From Selaginella moellendorffii (Eukaryota > Plantae > Lycopodiophyta), in the NCBI RefSeq assembly GCF_000143415.4, contig NW_003314334.1:699614-763613 (forward strand): a stretch of DNA of 64,000 nucleotides, read 5' to 3'. Below, in pieces: positions 50,240 to 62,957 of this stretch. A program made the translations under genes and the position numbers. Numbering within the stretch: the stretch's first letter is position 1; each line of letters opens with the position of its first letter. The notes under the pieces are model-generated. The model had not been told where the DNA came from. It did no database searches and saw only the letters and a list, made by a program, of their open reading frames with translations.

Positions 50240-52502
50240 GAGGCTGAGAGCTATTCGCTTTGATCATGGATTCACCTCGAGTTTATTGTGTTCCATCAGG
50301 CACTTGTCAGTACGAGGTCAATGGTGTTGGAATCAATGTGAGCGAGCCAGGTACTGCTTTGTACTTCCTCAAAGAGTAAAGGCATAAACGTTTTGGCTTC
50401 TTTCTGCAGTCACACATACAACACGGATTTTCCGAAGCGGTTGGTCTCCAAGATGTGATGATACTTGAAAGAGAACTTTGCTTTCCTGTACGTAGAGATT
50501 GTGGAGGCTTTGTTAGAGGTGGTGAGCCATCTTTGCAGGTCACTGGTTGACACTACCAGGAAATGCTAGAGGATGGATGCATCCTCCAGTCACCATTTGA
50601 TGGATGTTAGTGCAGGTAAAAGAATTATTGCTAGAAACTCTTATAACTTTCTTGTGTCTTTGTTGATAATTCAGACACTGGACATCTGCATTTGCTGGAT
50701 ACGATTGCTTTGAGAATTACTTGCGAGTGGAGACATGTTAGTTGTTCTCTTATTCTTGTTTGTCTTGCTAGCTCTCAGCTCAGACTTGCCTAAGAGCATT
50801 GGCATACATGGAGCTCAAGCATTTCGTCCTACAGTCTTGGCATCAAAGGCTCGTCCATGGGGCTTGTCAAGTCTTTGATGTTTTTCTGCGCGGTTGGACA
50901 CCTAATAGTGCAGAAAGCTTCATTGTACTTCGGAATTGCTCGCAGCCGTGGCATTGAAGACACCTCGTCTAGCCAGCTTTCAATCACTTGCATAGACAAA
51001 AAAACTAGAGTGCATTTAGCAAGAAAAAAACATACAAGAAGAGCTGCTTTCTATCTTCTATTTCTTGCGAAAGAAGGCAACGAAGAAAGCTACATTTGCA
51101 AACCCAGTTGTAACGGCTCCCGTGAGATGGGCGTAGTCCGTCTCCCAATGGGAGAAAATTCCCCACAGCAAAGCTGACACAAGAGAAAACAGTGAGAACC
51201 CGAAGTACAGAAATGACCGTGGGAAACCAAGCCGAAGAACTCCACGCAGGCCAAGAGGAAAGGCTGATGCTACGACGTAGATTCCCGCTGTGACCCAGAT
51301 GCGTGGCGGCTGGTGCTGAAACGCGAGCGAAAACCCAGGAGACGCAAGACTGAGCACCATCGAAGAACACAGTATCGCGACTCCTCGTCCCCGTCCAGCA
51401 GGCAGCTTGGCAATCACCGTAAGCAGCCCAAACACACAGAAGAAACCTGAGAATGCAGCGACGAAGGCCGACATGATAGCCAAGTGGTGGTAGTCTATGC
51501 GATCCCTGTTCCACTTCTCCACCATAGCAACCGCGTTGAGGGTGGAAAGTGCCAGGAGAGCCAAGAGAGGGGACAACGACCTCAGCATATCGTCACCTGA
51601 AGATCCTCGAGCTTGAGCATCACCTGCCTGGGCATTGCCGCCAGTAGCAGCAAGTAGCACAGCACCAGCTCCCGCAAGTGGCACAGCAGCAGCCACACCA
51701 GGGTCTCCCTCATGAGCCATCACACCAGCATCTCCCTCAGCAGGTGTGTCTCCCATGGACACGCTATCTCCTCCCTGAGCCGTCTCAACAATCTTGTCTC
51801 CCGTGGCACATCTCCCTCCGTCACAATGATCCCCGTGAAATCTTCACCTGGATGGACATCTCCTTCACCCTCGCACTCGTCCTGTGCACCAGTGTCTCGC
51901 TCACCTGCAGCAGCGTTTCCCTCAGTTGGACCAGCAGCAGCGTCTTGCTCCGGCATATCCACAACGATGTTGGTAGCGTCTCCCTCCGGCATGGCAGCGG
52001 CGGCTCCCTCCAGCACATTTGCAACACCAGCGTCTTCCTCCGGCATGCCACCGGCGTCTCCCTCCAGCACATTTGCAACGCCAGCGTCTCCCACATCCAC
52101 AAAGATCCTAGTCGCCTCTTGGCCACCAATTTGAGCCGCGCCATCGCCCAGAACACCACCGCGCGCTGGATCCACGCCCAGAACACCACCGCGCGCTGGA
52201 TCCACTCCATGGCAAAACGCTGCTAGCGCTATCGAAGCCACTAGAGAAGACAGCATTGACAAAAATCCTAGCCAGAAGATTCGTGATTTGGTGATCTCCT
52301 CGGCAGGAATCGCGTCTGTAGGAACCTTGTGTGCCTGATGCTGGAACGGATCCAAGAATGCTGGCACTGGCGGTGTGGGGAAGTATATCTTGCTCCAGAG
52401 GATCCAGACCACGAGCCCAAATGCAATCACGCCCACAGCTCCAAGCCGACCGCGTCTTGCTCCCCGCAGCTCCAGACCGCGTCTTGCTCCTCGCAGCTCC
52501 AT
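50240..52502 (-). pseudogene. Most complete family B gene: multi-pass membrane protein with acidic Gly/Ala-rich repeat linker
   Basis: ORFs 51720-52502 and 51058-51762 join through one frameshift near 51808; two N-terminal hydrophobic helices, DAG/EG repeats, then several hydrophobic helices; decayed 3' region. Confidence 0.65.
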
Positions 52503-52699
52503 TAGGTCTTGGAGAATGGCACAAGATCTTCGCGTTTAAGAACACACACCCTCATATGTCCTAGAACCGACCAAGATCTCAAAAAAGAATAAGAGCGTCC
52601 TTCTTTGATATCTTGGAGTGGCTTCGTAGAAAAGAATGTAGCTTTTTGCTCAGGCTTTCACAAATCCAGTGGCTTTCTCCGGCCTCCAGCCTCCATTCT

Positions 52700-53520
52700 G
52701 TGCACATCTATGAAGCTTGTGGAAAATGTGACAATACCTCTAGTTGCGCTGAAACAGTCCCTGCGAGCTCCCGACTGAACAGATTGTCACGAATCTGTAC
52801 AAGGAATTGTCATGACACGCCTACCTGAATGATCGCAATCGCACCAGAAGTTCTGGAACGCAGCAAGCTCTCTTCTATTGCAGGAAATGATCTAAGAAGA
52901 AGAACAAGATGCAAGAACAGTGCTGGGATTAAATAAGCACAAACTTTGAGGCAGCAGACTGACCAGATCTCGAGAACCTTAAAAGAAAGCCTGATAGTCC
53001 TCAGGCAGAAGTACAGTTTCGTAAGTCTACTACTTCTTTAAGCTCTGAAAGATGTCCAGAAAGTAGTGACGTTAGTGACCAAGAACGACAAGGAAATCAA
53101 CAGCAGTATTTCATTATCAACGATATACCTGTGTTTGTCAAGAGAGCACGCAACTGTATCCGAATCTGGTAGACCTGCTCGAGAAGTAAAGTCCATTTAG
53201 TGCACAGAATGTCCTGTCTGTAAGTTCCACTCTCTCTGTATCTTCAGCTTTCAATTAACGGATGTTTTGAGTTCACGAGACTTCTCAAAGAAACTAGAAA
53301 AGCATCACATTACCAAATAGCCGTAACGGACGTAGCATGGCATTCCTGAGGAAAACCATCTCACTGAGGTTAGATTGATTTAGACAAACAAAGATACTAT
53401 GTACCTGTCGTTCTGCCGTGCTCCATCATATGCACGTAAAGATCCGCACCAGCTAGATTAGAGGCATAAGGACGAGGAGCTCCATGAGTATTTCCGCGGT
53501 ACTTTCCTGCAGGAATGTGG
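52700..53520 (-). pseudogene. NUP107: Second, more decayed NUP107-like fragment
   Basis: YASNLAGADLYVHMMEH, KSRELK, RACCVPELLVR; last exon paralogous to 53630-53670. Confidence 0.65.
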
Positions 53521-53629
53521 AAAAAGCGCATTCAGCCTCATTAGCGCCTGGACCAAACTATGTAGATCATGAAACAACACTTACACCAAATTGCTTCCCA
53601 AACCTGAAATACATCCTGAGAAACATACC

Positions 53630-55200
53630 TCTAGCTGACTGCCGCTAAACAGTCCCTGAAGAGCTCCCGACGCAACCAGTCAGGATTATCACTTGCTGTC
53701 ATTTCAAGACCGGAAGCCAGCCACGAATCTGAAACGAAGCTCCAGAGCAAGAAATTGCAATTTAAACCTGACGCACCTCCATGCATCGTAGCACAAGTTC
53801 TGGAAAGCAGCAACGACGGCAAATAAATCACGAATGGAGCATCCCGGCGTACACCATCCGAGTGAATAGAAAACGCATCCATTCGAAAAACTTCAGGATG
53901 AAAATGTGGAAGTTCTCCTGCAACAAAAGGAAAAAGAGAAGAAATTAATCCTGATGTCCAGGGCGAAAAGTAAACCTTCAATGACAAAAATCCACCATCA
54001 CTTGTTACAAGTGATTCAATGCCTTCCCCTTCAAGAGCCGCACATTTGAGCTCTATATCCAGTAACATATTGTTCTGAGGATTGACAGCCACATTCACCT
54101 GTTTCACTCAAGTCGTAAGGTTACAAAAAACGCCAGATAGAAGTTCTCTTTACCGTTAAGTTGCGTTGAATGGAAGCCAACTCTCCCGAGCAAAAATGCA
54201 ATGCGCTGTTCGGAGCAGTGCAAACTGTAGGATCTGGAGCAAATCAAGGATCCGATGATCTCCATAAAACGACAGTGGAAAATAGTTCCACGGATTGGAA
54301 GGCCTCATCGTTGGTGAGAAGCCACTTTCATTCGCTACCTGAAAACGAAAATGTGAAAACAAAATAGGAAGAAGCAAAATAAGATAGCTTACTGTGAAGA
54401 AAAGCAGTAGCTGTGTCAAGAGCTTGTTTTGCAGTAGCAAAGGACCTTGCTCTTTCTTCAGGTGAAATGCAGTTCTCAATTGTTGATAGCCAGCTTCGAT
54501 AATGTGCGTCACAAGAAACGTATTCTTGCTGAAAAAACGAAGTCCCGGGAAAAAAAAAACAAAAAAAAAAAAACAGGCAGCAACGTTCTTTTTTTTAATG
54601 GCTCTGCTTTTTCCTTCCGAAATCTCAACACTGCACCATAGCGGCGTTAGCGAGATCTCTCGGAAAACCAAACGCTGTTGGAATTCTGCCATACAACGGG
54701 AGGCTGCCGCAGCTCCATCATATCCACGTAAAGATCTGAGAGGGATGAGGGCCAACGAGCTCTTCCTTGTGTTGCGTGAATACAAACCTCACGTACCTAA
54801 AAGAATAACATAAACAATAAGTGGAAGTGAAATCGATCATACGTGCTCAGGATTCAATCTCCAGCCAATTCAAGCCTGTCCCCGTATTGTCCTTCAATCC
54901 TTCCGCAGAACCAGATGTGCGGCGAAACGAATCATTTGAGGATGCCTGTGTGGCCCTGAGAGAAACTCAGCTTAACGCACAATGATCAAAGCCTACGTAC
55001 TTGACGTTAGAACTGTCGTCTACATTTCCAGTACCGCTGCCATATCAGAGACCACGAGGTGCATCTGTCCAACACAACAGCTGCGTCTCACAACCAGATT
55101 CCCAAGTCATGATGAGACAAAATGTGTACCCAGAGTAGAGCTTTTGAAACAAGTTGATAAAATCACAAGGCAACAGGCTCGGCACAAGTGGAAGATAAAT
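53630..55200 (-). pseudogene. NUP107: Nucleoporin NUP107 C-terminal half, intron-containing, with stops and small deletions
   Basis: LFQKLYSG, QMHLVVSD, PHRHPQMIRFAAHLVL, HKEELVG..DLYVDMMELR, VFREISL..W..AEPLK, EYVSCDAHYRSWL, PDPTVCTA..SAL, DGGFL..KGEL, CRRCCFPELVLRCM in plant NUP107 order. Confidence 0.85.
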
Positions 55201-55259
55201 CGATCGCGCTTAAAAGATGGCGGTGAGAAAGCTCTCCATGACCTTACAAGAGCGAACAC

Positions 55260-56590
55260 GTTGGCTTTTTTTCAGATTAGAATCACAGCACAATACCTCG
55301 CAGTTGGCGTCAACACACGTGGTTTACATTGCAGCAAAAACGGGACTCTCGTATCTCCCCCCCTTCACTTGACGCTATTTTCTGGAACACCTTGTTTGGA
55401 AACTCAAACACAAGTTCAAGCCCATACCTCGGAAGCACAAAAGCAAGCCCATTTCCGTATCCTCCCTCCATCAAGCCCTGTAGCGTCTAAAGGAATGAGC
55501 AGTCATGCAGCCAGCTCTCCACGCCTGATAGTGCAAGATAGCTGTGTCATTAATTCAAGAAAATAAGAAACTGGTTTTTGCTCGAGAATCACCAGGAGCT
55601 TGGATTTGAGCAGCGCGAGTGCTTTATCTTGTTTTGAAGTTGGCTTCTCTACTCTAGTATCACAAGAAAAACAAAGAAAGTTTTAGAACACTGCTTGCTG
55701 AAGAAATTCTAGAAACATTTGTTTCATGTACCTGAGCAACGAAGAGTAATCCCTGTTGGACACAGGTCCTGCACTTCTGCGTTTCTTCCAGCTCGGATGA
55801 GATTCCGCACATCTCTAAAAGATTATGTTCCAGTTTCTGCGACAAATACGATACACGTAAGAAGACCCGTAAGAGCGTAGTACCTGATCTTCGGGATGCA
55901 ACCTGGAGTTGGAGCATCAAGATCCAAATGTCGAACATAGTGAGTTCCGATATTTTTTTTGATAGCCCGTGTTATCGCACGAGCCTAGCTTCTGAGGGTA
56001 TAGGCCCGCCTTCCTGTAGCGATAACATTTGTAGACACGAATATACTCCATGCAAGAGTTTTACCTTTTTTTCTAAATCCAATTCCTTGGACGCCAAACT
56101 CTCGAGACAAGACAAAGACAAGTCTGATCGTTTCCTGTAAACCCGGACTGCGCTTTCAAAAAACAATAAAGTCAGTCCCACTGAAACGTAATAAGCGATG
56201 CTACCTTTTCCATACAAATGCCAATGAAAAACCCATGATGAAGACTCGGAAGTTTGCAATTGAGCCTTCTGACGTAGCCCTGTCTTTTACAGCTCGATGG
56301 CTGCCTCGTCTCTGTAAAGAAAAAGCCGCTAAACTTCCAGTCGTCCTCAACAAATCGTTTCATTTCCGCTAGATCCCGGCCAAACTCGCTCAAGAGCTCG
56401 GGCAGAGACGTGATGCCTGTCAAAGAAAAACATAAGCCGAGTTGTATGGCTTGAGAAACAAAAGTGGTAAACCGGGTAGCCACGTACCCACGCCAGAAGC
56501 AAAGCGCTCAAATGAATCTTATCTGGTTCCTAGAGACCAGATACGGGTGAAAAGAGAGAACTTAGCACCAAAAACCAAAACCACACCTCT
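55260..56590 (-). pseudogene. Family C copy
   Basis: Inverted paralog of 46616-47885 (ORFs 55972-56259, 55660-55938). Confidence 0.55.
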
Positions 56591-57199
56591 TTGATTCGTG
56601 GAGCAGCAAATGGGGACTCTTGGGCTCTTCAGAAAAGCTAGGAATCTTTGGCTCGGGACGCATTTCACCAGCATTCTCACAGGAAGAAGAGAGAACGAGA
56701 AAAACATACCTGTATCGCCGGCAATGCCACCAAAAACCCTCTTTACAAGTAAAAATCTCATGGTTTTGAGCGTCTGGTTAGTTAAGCCAGTAAGAGCGCG
56801 TCTGGTTAGGCTAACAAGAGCTGTTAGCGGCCGGATCGGAATGTCCACCTCCAACTTTACGATCCACTGCCGTTCAAACGCACTTCCACAAATCAAATAA
56901 TTAATAAGTTCCGCTATTTTACTGTTATTTTCCAAAATACGTTTGAAGGGCAACAATAAATAATTTATATAATCAAACAGGGCAAAACATCTTTTCTGGG
57001 CTTATAAGCTAAATCAAACTTTTTTCTTGGGATTGGAACTCGGAGCAAGATGCTTGCTATTAAAATTACTTTAGAAGCTCTTGTCTATACACTTATCTAC
57101 ATGTAAGCAGCTATAAAATTACAATTAACTGGAATTGTCACTAGAAATAATCAAGTTTATAAATCTACGCATAAATTATAAATCTATAATATCAAATTT

Positions 57200-57400
57200 T
57201 CATAGCTTAGACTGTTTTATTATTTGTATAGAAATTACTAATGTGTTTTTCCAATTATTATTGGAGTTATTAACTGTATGCTGGTTAGTAGAATAGTTAG
57301 TACATTAGCAAGCTTATACATCTCAAATCACTCATGGTTTATCGGATATCCTATGATTTCTTTATTCAAGCTAGGTTGCATATTTTGGATGCCACAATGG
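57200..57400 (+). pseudogene. Family A remnant
   Basis: ATGCTGGTTAGTA, ATCTCAAATCACTCATGGTTTATC and GGATATCCTATG segments with deletions. Confidence 0.55.
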
Positions 57401-57521
57401 CAAAAAATCAACTTTGATATTGTTTTTTGTTAAGTGTTACTAAATTAGACTTCACATACTGCACAAGCATAAAAAAGGAATAAATGTCTATTTAACTCAA
57501 CATACTTGGCTTAGTTTGCAA

Positions 57522-57715
57522 GAATCCGAAGGAAAGCTCCAGCTACTTGCGAGCATGGGATGGGGAGATGTGAGCGTGAGAACGGTGAGGAAGGACTGCA
57601 CAGAGATAAAGACAGTAATATATCCTCCGTACTCTTTCCCTCTGTTCCCACGTCCATAGTGGATGCAGTTTTAAAAGCATCTTTATACAAAGTTCACATG
57701 AATTTCCCCTAAACA
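57522..57715 (-). repeat. Partial chromovirus LTR, head-to-head with 57923-58144
   Basis: Reverse complement of the LTR; same variant as 37186-37341. Confidence 0.85.
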
Positions 57716-57922
57716 TCGAAGTTTGCCCTGAAGAACTTAGCTTCCAGGAAATATGGAGTCAAGATTTATTTATTTTTTCTTCCTTGTTTTTCTTGAGGAC
57801 CGAGCTAATGATATTTTGAAAAACTCGATCAGTTTTTGTTCCTCATTCGTTTGCTTTTCTTCATGCAGACGTTCCAAAGTTCTCACAATCGATCTTCAAC
57901 ACTAACCCATGGTAAATGTCGA

Positions 57923-60900
57923 TGTTAAAGGGAAATTCAGCTTTAGGTAGCTGTTTGTGAACTTGAACACGTATGGACAGGGGAACAGAGGGAAAGAGTA
58001 CGGAGGATATATTACTGTCTTTCTCATCTTATCTCCCTGCAGTCCTTCCTCCCCGCTCTCAGGCTCACATCTCCCCATCTCATGCTCGGCGAGTAGCTGG
58101 AGCTTTCCTTCGGATCTCTTTTCCCTATCCCTTGCTCGATAACAGTGGTATCGTAGCCACTTCGTCTGGGACACACGCTCGAGCGTCGTGAAGGAGACCA
58201 GTCGTTGGAGGTCGGCTATCAGGTAAAGCGGCCGGAATGTTTCGTTTCACTTTCACAGTTTTTGTTGACCGATCTTCTCTGGACTGGTCGTGCATAAAGG
58301 GAGGTATTCATATACCCTTGTTCTTCCTTGGTGTGAGGCGGGCAATGGCGGCACCATAGAGGCGGCCGAAGGCGGCGATTTCAGGGGATTTACCAAGGTT
58401 TAGTCTTGATGTTTTCGCAAGATGATAAGGTGCATATCCGATCGGCAGGAAGATCTGGACGACAGCTTGCGGGTCTTAGGAGCTGCAGTGACCAGGCCGA
58501 TGGGGGACTCCGGAAAGAGGAGGGCCGACCTTTCGAGTTCCAAGTACCACCATTCAGCGGGAGCACGGTAGGGGAGTAAGCCTTCACTTTTGGGACAACA
58601 GCTTCAGAGTTTCCCATTCCAATGCGCGGGGGAGCAGTTCTCCAACAGGTCGACGGTCAGCGAGCCGATACAAAGTAATCCTCTGTATCGTTTAGCACCC
58701 ATGCAGACTCGGGGATTCTTCACAGCGGCGCCAGCTTTCAGCGGGATAAGGGCCGGTTCAAGAGCGAGAGTTTCCGTGTAATGGTCCTTCCCGGAGAGGC
58801 AGAGTGGGCAGGACAACAGGTGGGGCGGGTGGGGGGAATCCATTCCAATCCACGAGAACTAGTAGGGAGTCTGGGAGTCATGGCTGCGCAAGTTGAAGAG
58901 GTGGTTTCTTTGCCGTGGTCATCGCGATTCGCACAAGGTAGCCGGCTCTCCACTTGAAAGCCTGGCCTCCGAGTCCCTTCTTGCTCGAGACTGTAAAACC
59001 AGGCTTCCAAGTTGGGAGGAGTTCAAGCAAAGGATTCGGGAGCATTTTATCATCACGTCCGTGGGAGAGCTTCCCTTCAACAAACTCTGCGGAATGGTGT
59101 ACAGATTTAAGTCCCAGACGCCCAGGAATTCAACGAGACGTGGAACATCCCGGAGGATGCTTTGATGCAACGTTACCTAGCATCGCAATGGCAACCGAAA
59201 TAGCTCAGCTATCTCCTCGCTCGGTCCCGATGGCATTAGCATTAAACACGGATCTCAAGTTCCACGAGTGGGAAGCTCGTCTTTCCGGCCGATGGAGGCA
59301 AGGGCCACCAAAGGAGACAACGAGGGCCGGAGCCACCCAGAGTGGTATGCCAACTCCCGATCAGCGGAAGCAATGCAAGTAAAGGGAAGCGATGACCTCA
59401 AGCTTGGGAAATGTTCATTGGGAAGTTTGCAAGGCGCGTAGAGGACAACCGACGTCGAAAACAAAGTTCGTGGTGATGCAATTCCACGTCTCGGACAAGG
59501 GGGACCTCATTCCGTGCACTTGGGAGAATGCAAAAGATGACAAGGATTGTTAGTCCTGTAGACGGATGTACCACATTGGCCTCAGGAGCAGCGAGAAGAG
59601 GAGGACGCGGGGCTTGAGGGAGAACTTTCTGTGGCGAAGGCATGCATCTCCTATCCGACCTTTATGGGAAAAGCTGCGGGTACTTGTTTCGGAGACAAAG
59701 GAACGATTTTTGCATTAATTGACTCGGGAGTGACACCGTCAACCAACATTCTCTATCTAAGCTGCAGCTTGCAGCGCGTCCACAGAAGACTCCTCTAGAG
59801 GTGGAGATAGCGGACGAGGGAGTCATCGAGGCGTCTGCCCGGGTCTCATGCTCGATGCTCATTGGTGGTCACCAAGTGAAAGGAGAGTTCTTCATCCTGG
59901 AGACGGGAGCGATGGACGTAGTACTCGGCATCGAAACACTTCGCCTCTTTGGGGACATTCTCGTCAACTTTGATGAGCATCGTCTCTCCTTCAATCGGCT
60001 GCAAGGTCCAACCAGGAGGATCAGTGCATTTGGTTAACTGAATGCTTGTACCAAGTTCCGACATCTCCAGAACCAGTCACAGGGGAGGGGGAGCCAGAGA
60101 GAACCAGGTCGTTGGAGGAAGCAGTACACCACGGAAGCCATTCGTGAGGTTGCAAGGAAGCATTCAAGGGTCTTCCTCAATCGAGTATGTGCTCATGAAG
60201 CAATCACGCACAAGATCCAACTCGAGAAAGGGATCGTCACGACTGTTCATTCAGCTGAGGCATGTGGAGCGAGCGGAGGTGGATAAGATGATCAAGGAGC
60301 TCATGGACAATCTCTTAAAGAGGACAGTTTCAGTCCTTACACGGCACCAATAATCTTGGTGCTAAAACGTGACTGCTCGTGGAGACTGTGCGCTGATTAC
60401 AGACAGCTCAACAACGTCACTCCCCATCCCACGGATTGAGGACTTAATTGATGAACTCGGTGAAGCAGCGTATTTCTCCGAGCTAGATTTGCGATCTGCA
60501 TATTATCAAATATCCATGGCAGAGAAGGACAGGATCACGACAGCATTTCAGACTCACAGAGGGTTTAACCAGTTTAAGGTGAGGGCTCACCATCCTGGCC
60601 ACCTTTCAGTCTCTCATGAACAAGATCGGTCATTGTATTTTTCGACGACATCCTCGTCTACAGTCGATCCTGGGAAGAACACCTTACACACATCGACGAG
60701 GTTTTGCAAGTGCTAGAGGATCATGCGCTGATCGTCAAACTCTCAACATGCTGCTTTGCCAAGCAAGAAGCGAAGTACTTAGGCTTCCGGATACGAGCGG
60801 GCCAAATGTGAGCCTATCCAACAAAAATGGAGGCGATGAGAGGTCTCTCACCACCATGAAGTAGCTCCATGCTTTTCTCAGGCTCTGCAACTACCTCTGG

Positions 60901-62410
60901 AAGTCTGTGGAGCACTATGCTTCCGTTGCGTCGCCTCTGACGGACATCATTCGTGCAGGCAGGTTTTCGTGGGACGAGAACGCACAGTCAACGTTCGAAC
61001 TTTTCGGCTCGGATTCTTCAACTTCCAGATGAGAAGCAGTTCATCGTGGAGACGATGCCTCGGATGCAGGAGTGGGAGCGATCTTGAAGTTCGAGAGCAA
61101 AAGATTCTTGGAAGTGGAGTCTCGCCAGCCGGCGTATGATTGACAAAGTGGAGGCACTGCGAGGTCGCACGGATCACTTCAGTATGAAATTTCTACTCGA
61201 GCAGCCTCGCCTTAACAAAAAGCAGAGGCAGCTTCAATCACTCGATTTCACGATTGAGTATAAGCCAGGGAAAACAAACGTCGTCCCGGATGCGCTCTCA
61301 AGGATGTTTGAAAAGCCGGAGGTCAGTTGTCACACCAGATATCATAGAGGGCTAATCCAACGATGACCACTCGAAGGAGACAACAACTTCAGCGACGCGA
61401 AGATTTCCTTCCATGATGGCTTGCTCTAGAAGAAAGGAAGGATTCTACTCGAGTTCCGCAAGATCATCTTCACCAAGGCATTTTCGCGGGGCATCCGGGG
61501 GTCGTGTGGAAAGGAATGGAGTGTGAGATTACGCACTTGGATCAGGGAGTGTCCAGAGATTGGTCTTCTCAAGCATTTACCTTCTCCATCAGCGCCAGCT
61601 CTCGTCCTCAAGCTTCAAAGAAGGTGGCAGAGATCTTCTGGAGGGAGGTGGTGAGGTTCCATGGCGTTTCCAAGCGAAATCGTCTCCAACCGAGACACCA
61701 GGTTTCTCAGCCAGTTTTGGTCAGACGGGACGGACGATTGGAGACATTCTGAGGGATACGTGGCGGACCAGCTGGGCTCATGGACAAAGTGGATCACATT
61801 CGCGGAGTTTGCCTACAACACTGCTCGGCACTCAACCATCGGTATGTCTNNNNNNNNNNNNNNNNNNNNNNNNNNNNNNNNNNNNNNNNNNNNNNNNNNN
61901 NNNNNNNNNNNNNNNNNNNNNNNNNNNNNNNNNNNNNNNNNNNNNNNNNAGTAGCTTCCCCGATCTTGATGACAACTCCCACTTCATCAAACGACGTCAG
62001 TGACCAAGTGGAAGCCATCAGGTAGATGCAGCAGCTGATTGGGCAACGGTTGGAATCTCCTCGTGTAGTCACAGCTCCATCCCAGATTCTTCGGCCCACT
62101 CAGGATACTCGAAAAGATCAACGAACTCGCCTATAAGTTGGCATTACCACCGGGGTCGCACCTACATAACGTTTTCGACGTGTCGGATCTCAAGCTTTTG
62201 TGGACCAGCTCCCGGAGTTTTTTCCTGAGCCGGAGTTTGTCTCCTCCGACAGGCAGCCTATGCTGCAACCGAAAGCACACTGGGAGATACAAGGTCAGGT
62301 GGCACGGAACGGATGACGAACAGGAACGGACCAGAGCTCCTCGAAACAGACCTGTTAGGACGTACTATAAGCGCATGAGAGTACGGAGGATTTGTTACCA
62401 TCTTCCTCAC
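57923..62410 (+). mobile_element. Chromovirus-type Ty3/gypsy element, most complete copy
   Basis: 5' LTR 57923-58144 (TGTTA...TAACA); tRNA-iMet-type PBS TGGTATCGTAGCC 58146-58158; gag, [43 protein letters not shown] and chromodomain-like YKVRWHG; 3' LTR unclear. Confidence 0.92.
61850..61949. other. Assembly gap (100 N)
   Basis: Run of N; the paralog at 36243-36282 suggests only about 30 nt are missing. Confidence 0.99.
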
Positions 62411-62957
62411 AACATTGCAGATCAACTTCAAGCAAGTGATGAGGTTGATCACTTACAAGTTTTCCGTCAGTTTACTTTGGATATTCTCCTACTCTAAATC
62501 TCCAGCGCCATGGATGCTTGCATCGCGACTGGGAATCCCGCGGTATTCAGCAAATCCTCACGTCCCGCTCTACTCTCGGTGAGCTGGCATTCTTCTGATT
62601 GAGCAATATTTCTCCACAGAGGCTGTGAATTTCTGGATGGCGAATTCAGCTGTGTGGGACGACGATGCCGTGCCAGCTGCTCACGATATCGCCAGGTTTT
62701 GGTGTGCGGGATCCTCGTCTTTGATTTCACTCAGAAGATTTTCCTTGCTTCCAAGCCGGAGCATTGTTTCTACAAGAATCTATTCAATGACAGCAGCTGA
62801 AAGACACTGTCCGGTGAGTGTTTCCACGTTCTCTTGACATCGATTTTGCTTCAATCGTTGTGGAAGTAAGTTCCATCGAATACCCCTGGTAAAGGGATTC
62901 TTGTGCTTAAATTCCTTTCTTTTTGCATAGGATCTATTAGGGCTTGAAAGGTTGGGT

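Noticed and set aside
51960-52210. Short direct repeats as a CRISPR-like array
   Set aside because: They are in-frame 30- and 48-bp coding tandem duplications with no unique spacers
54690-54740. LRGYDGAAA in ORF 54156-54785 resembling the hAT transposase RGQxYDGA motif
   Set aside because: It is an alternative frame of the NUP107 peptide DLYVDMMELR, which sits in collinear NUP107 exons
62352-62410. 3' LTR of the chromovirus starting TGTTAGG
   Set aside because: Shares only GAGTACGGAGGAT and weak similarity with the 5' LTR; no clear PPT, end or TSD
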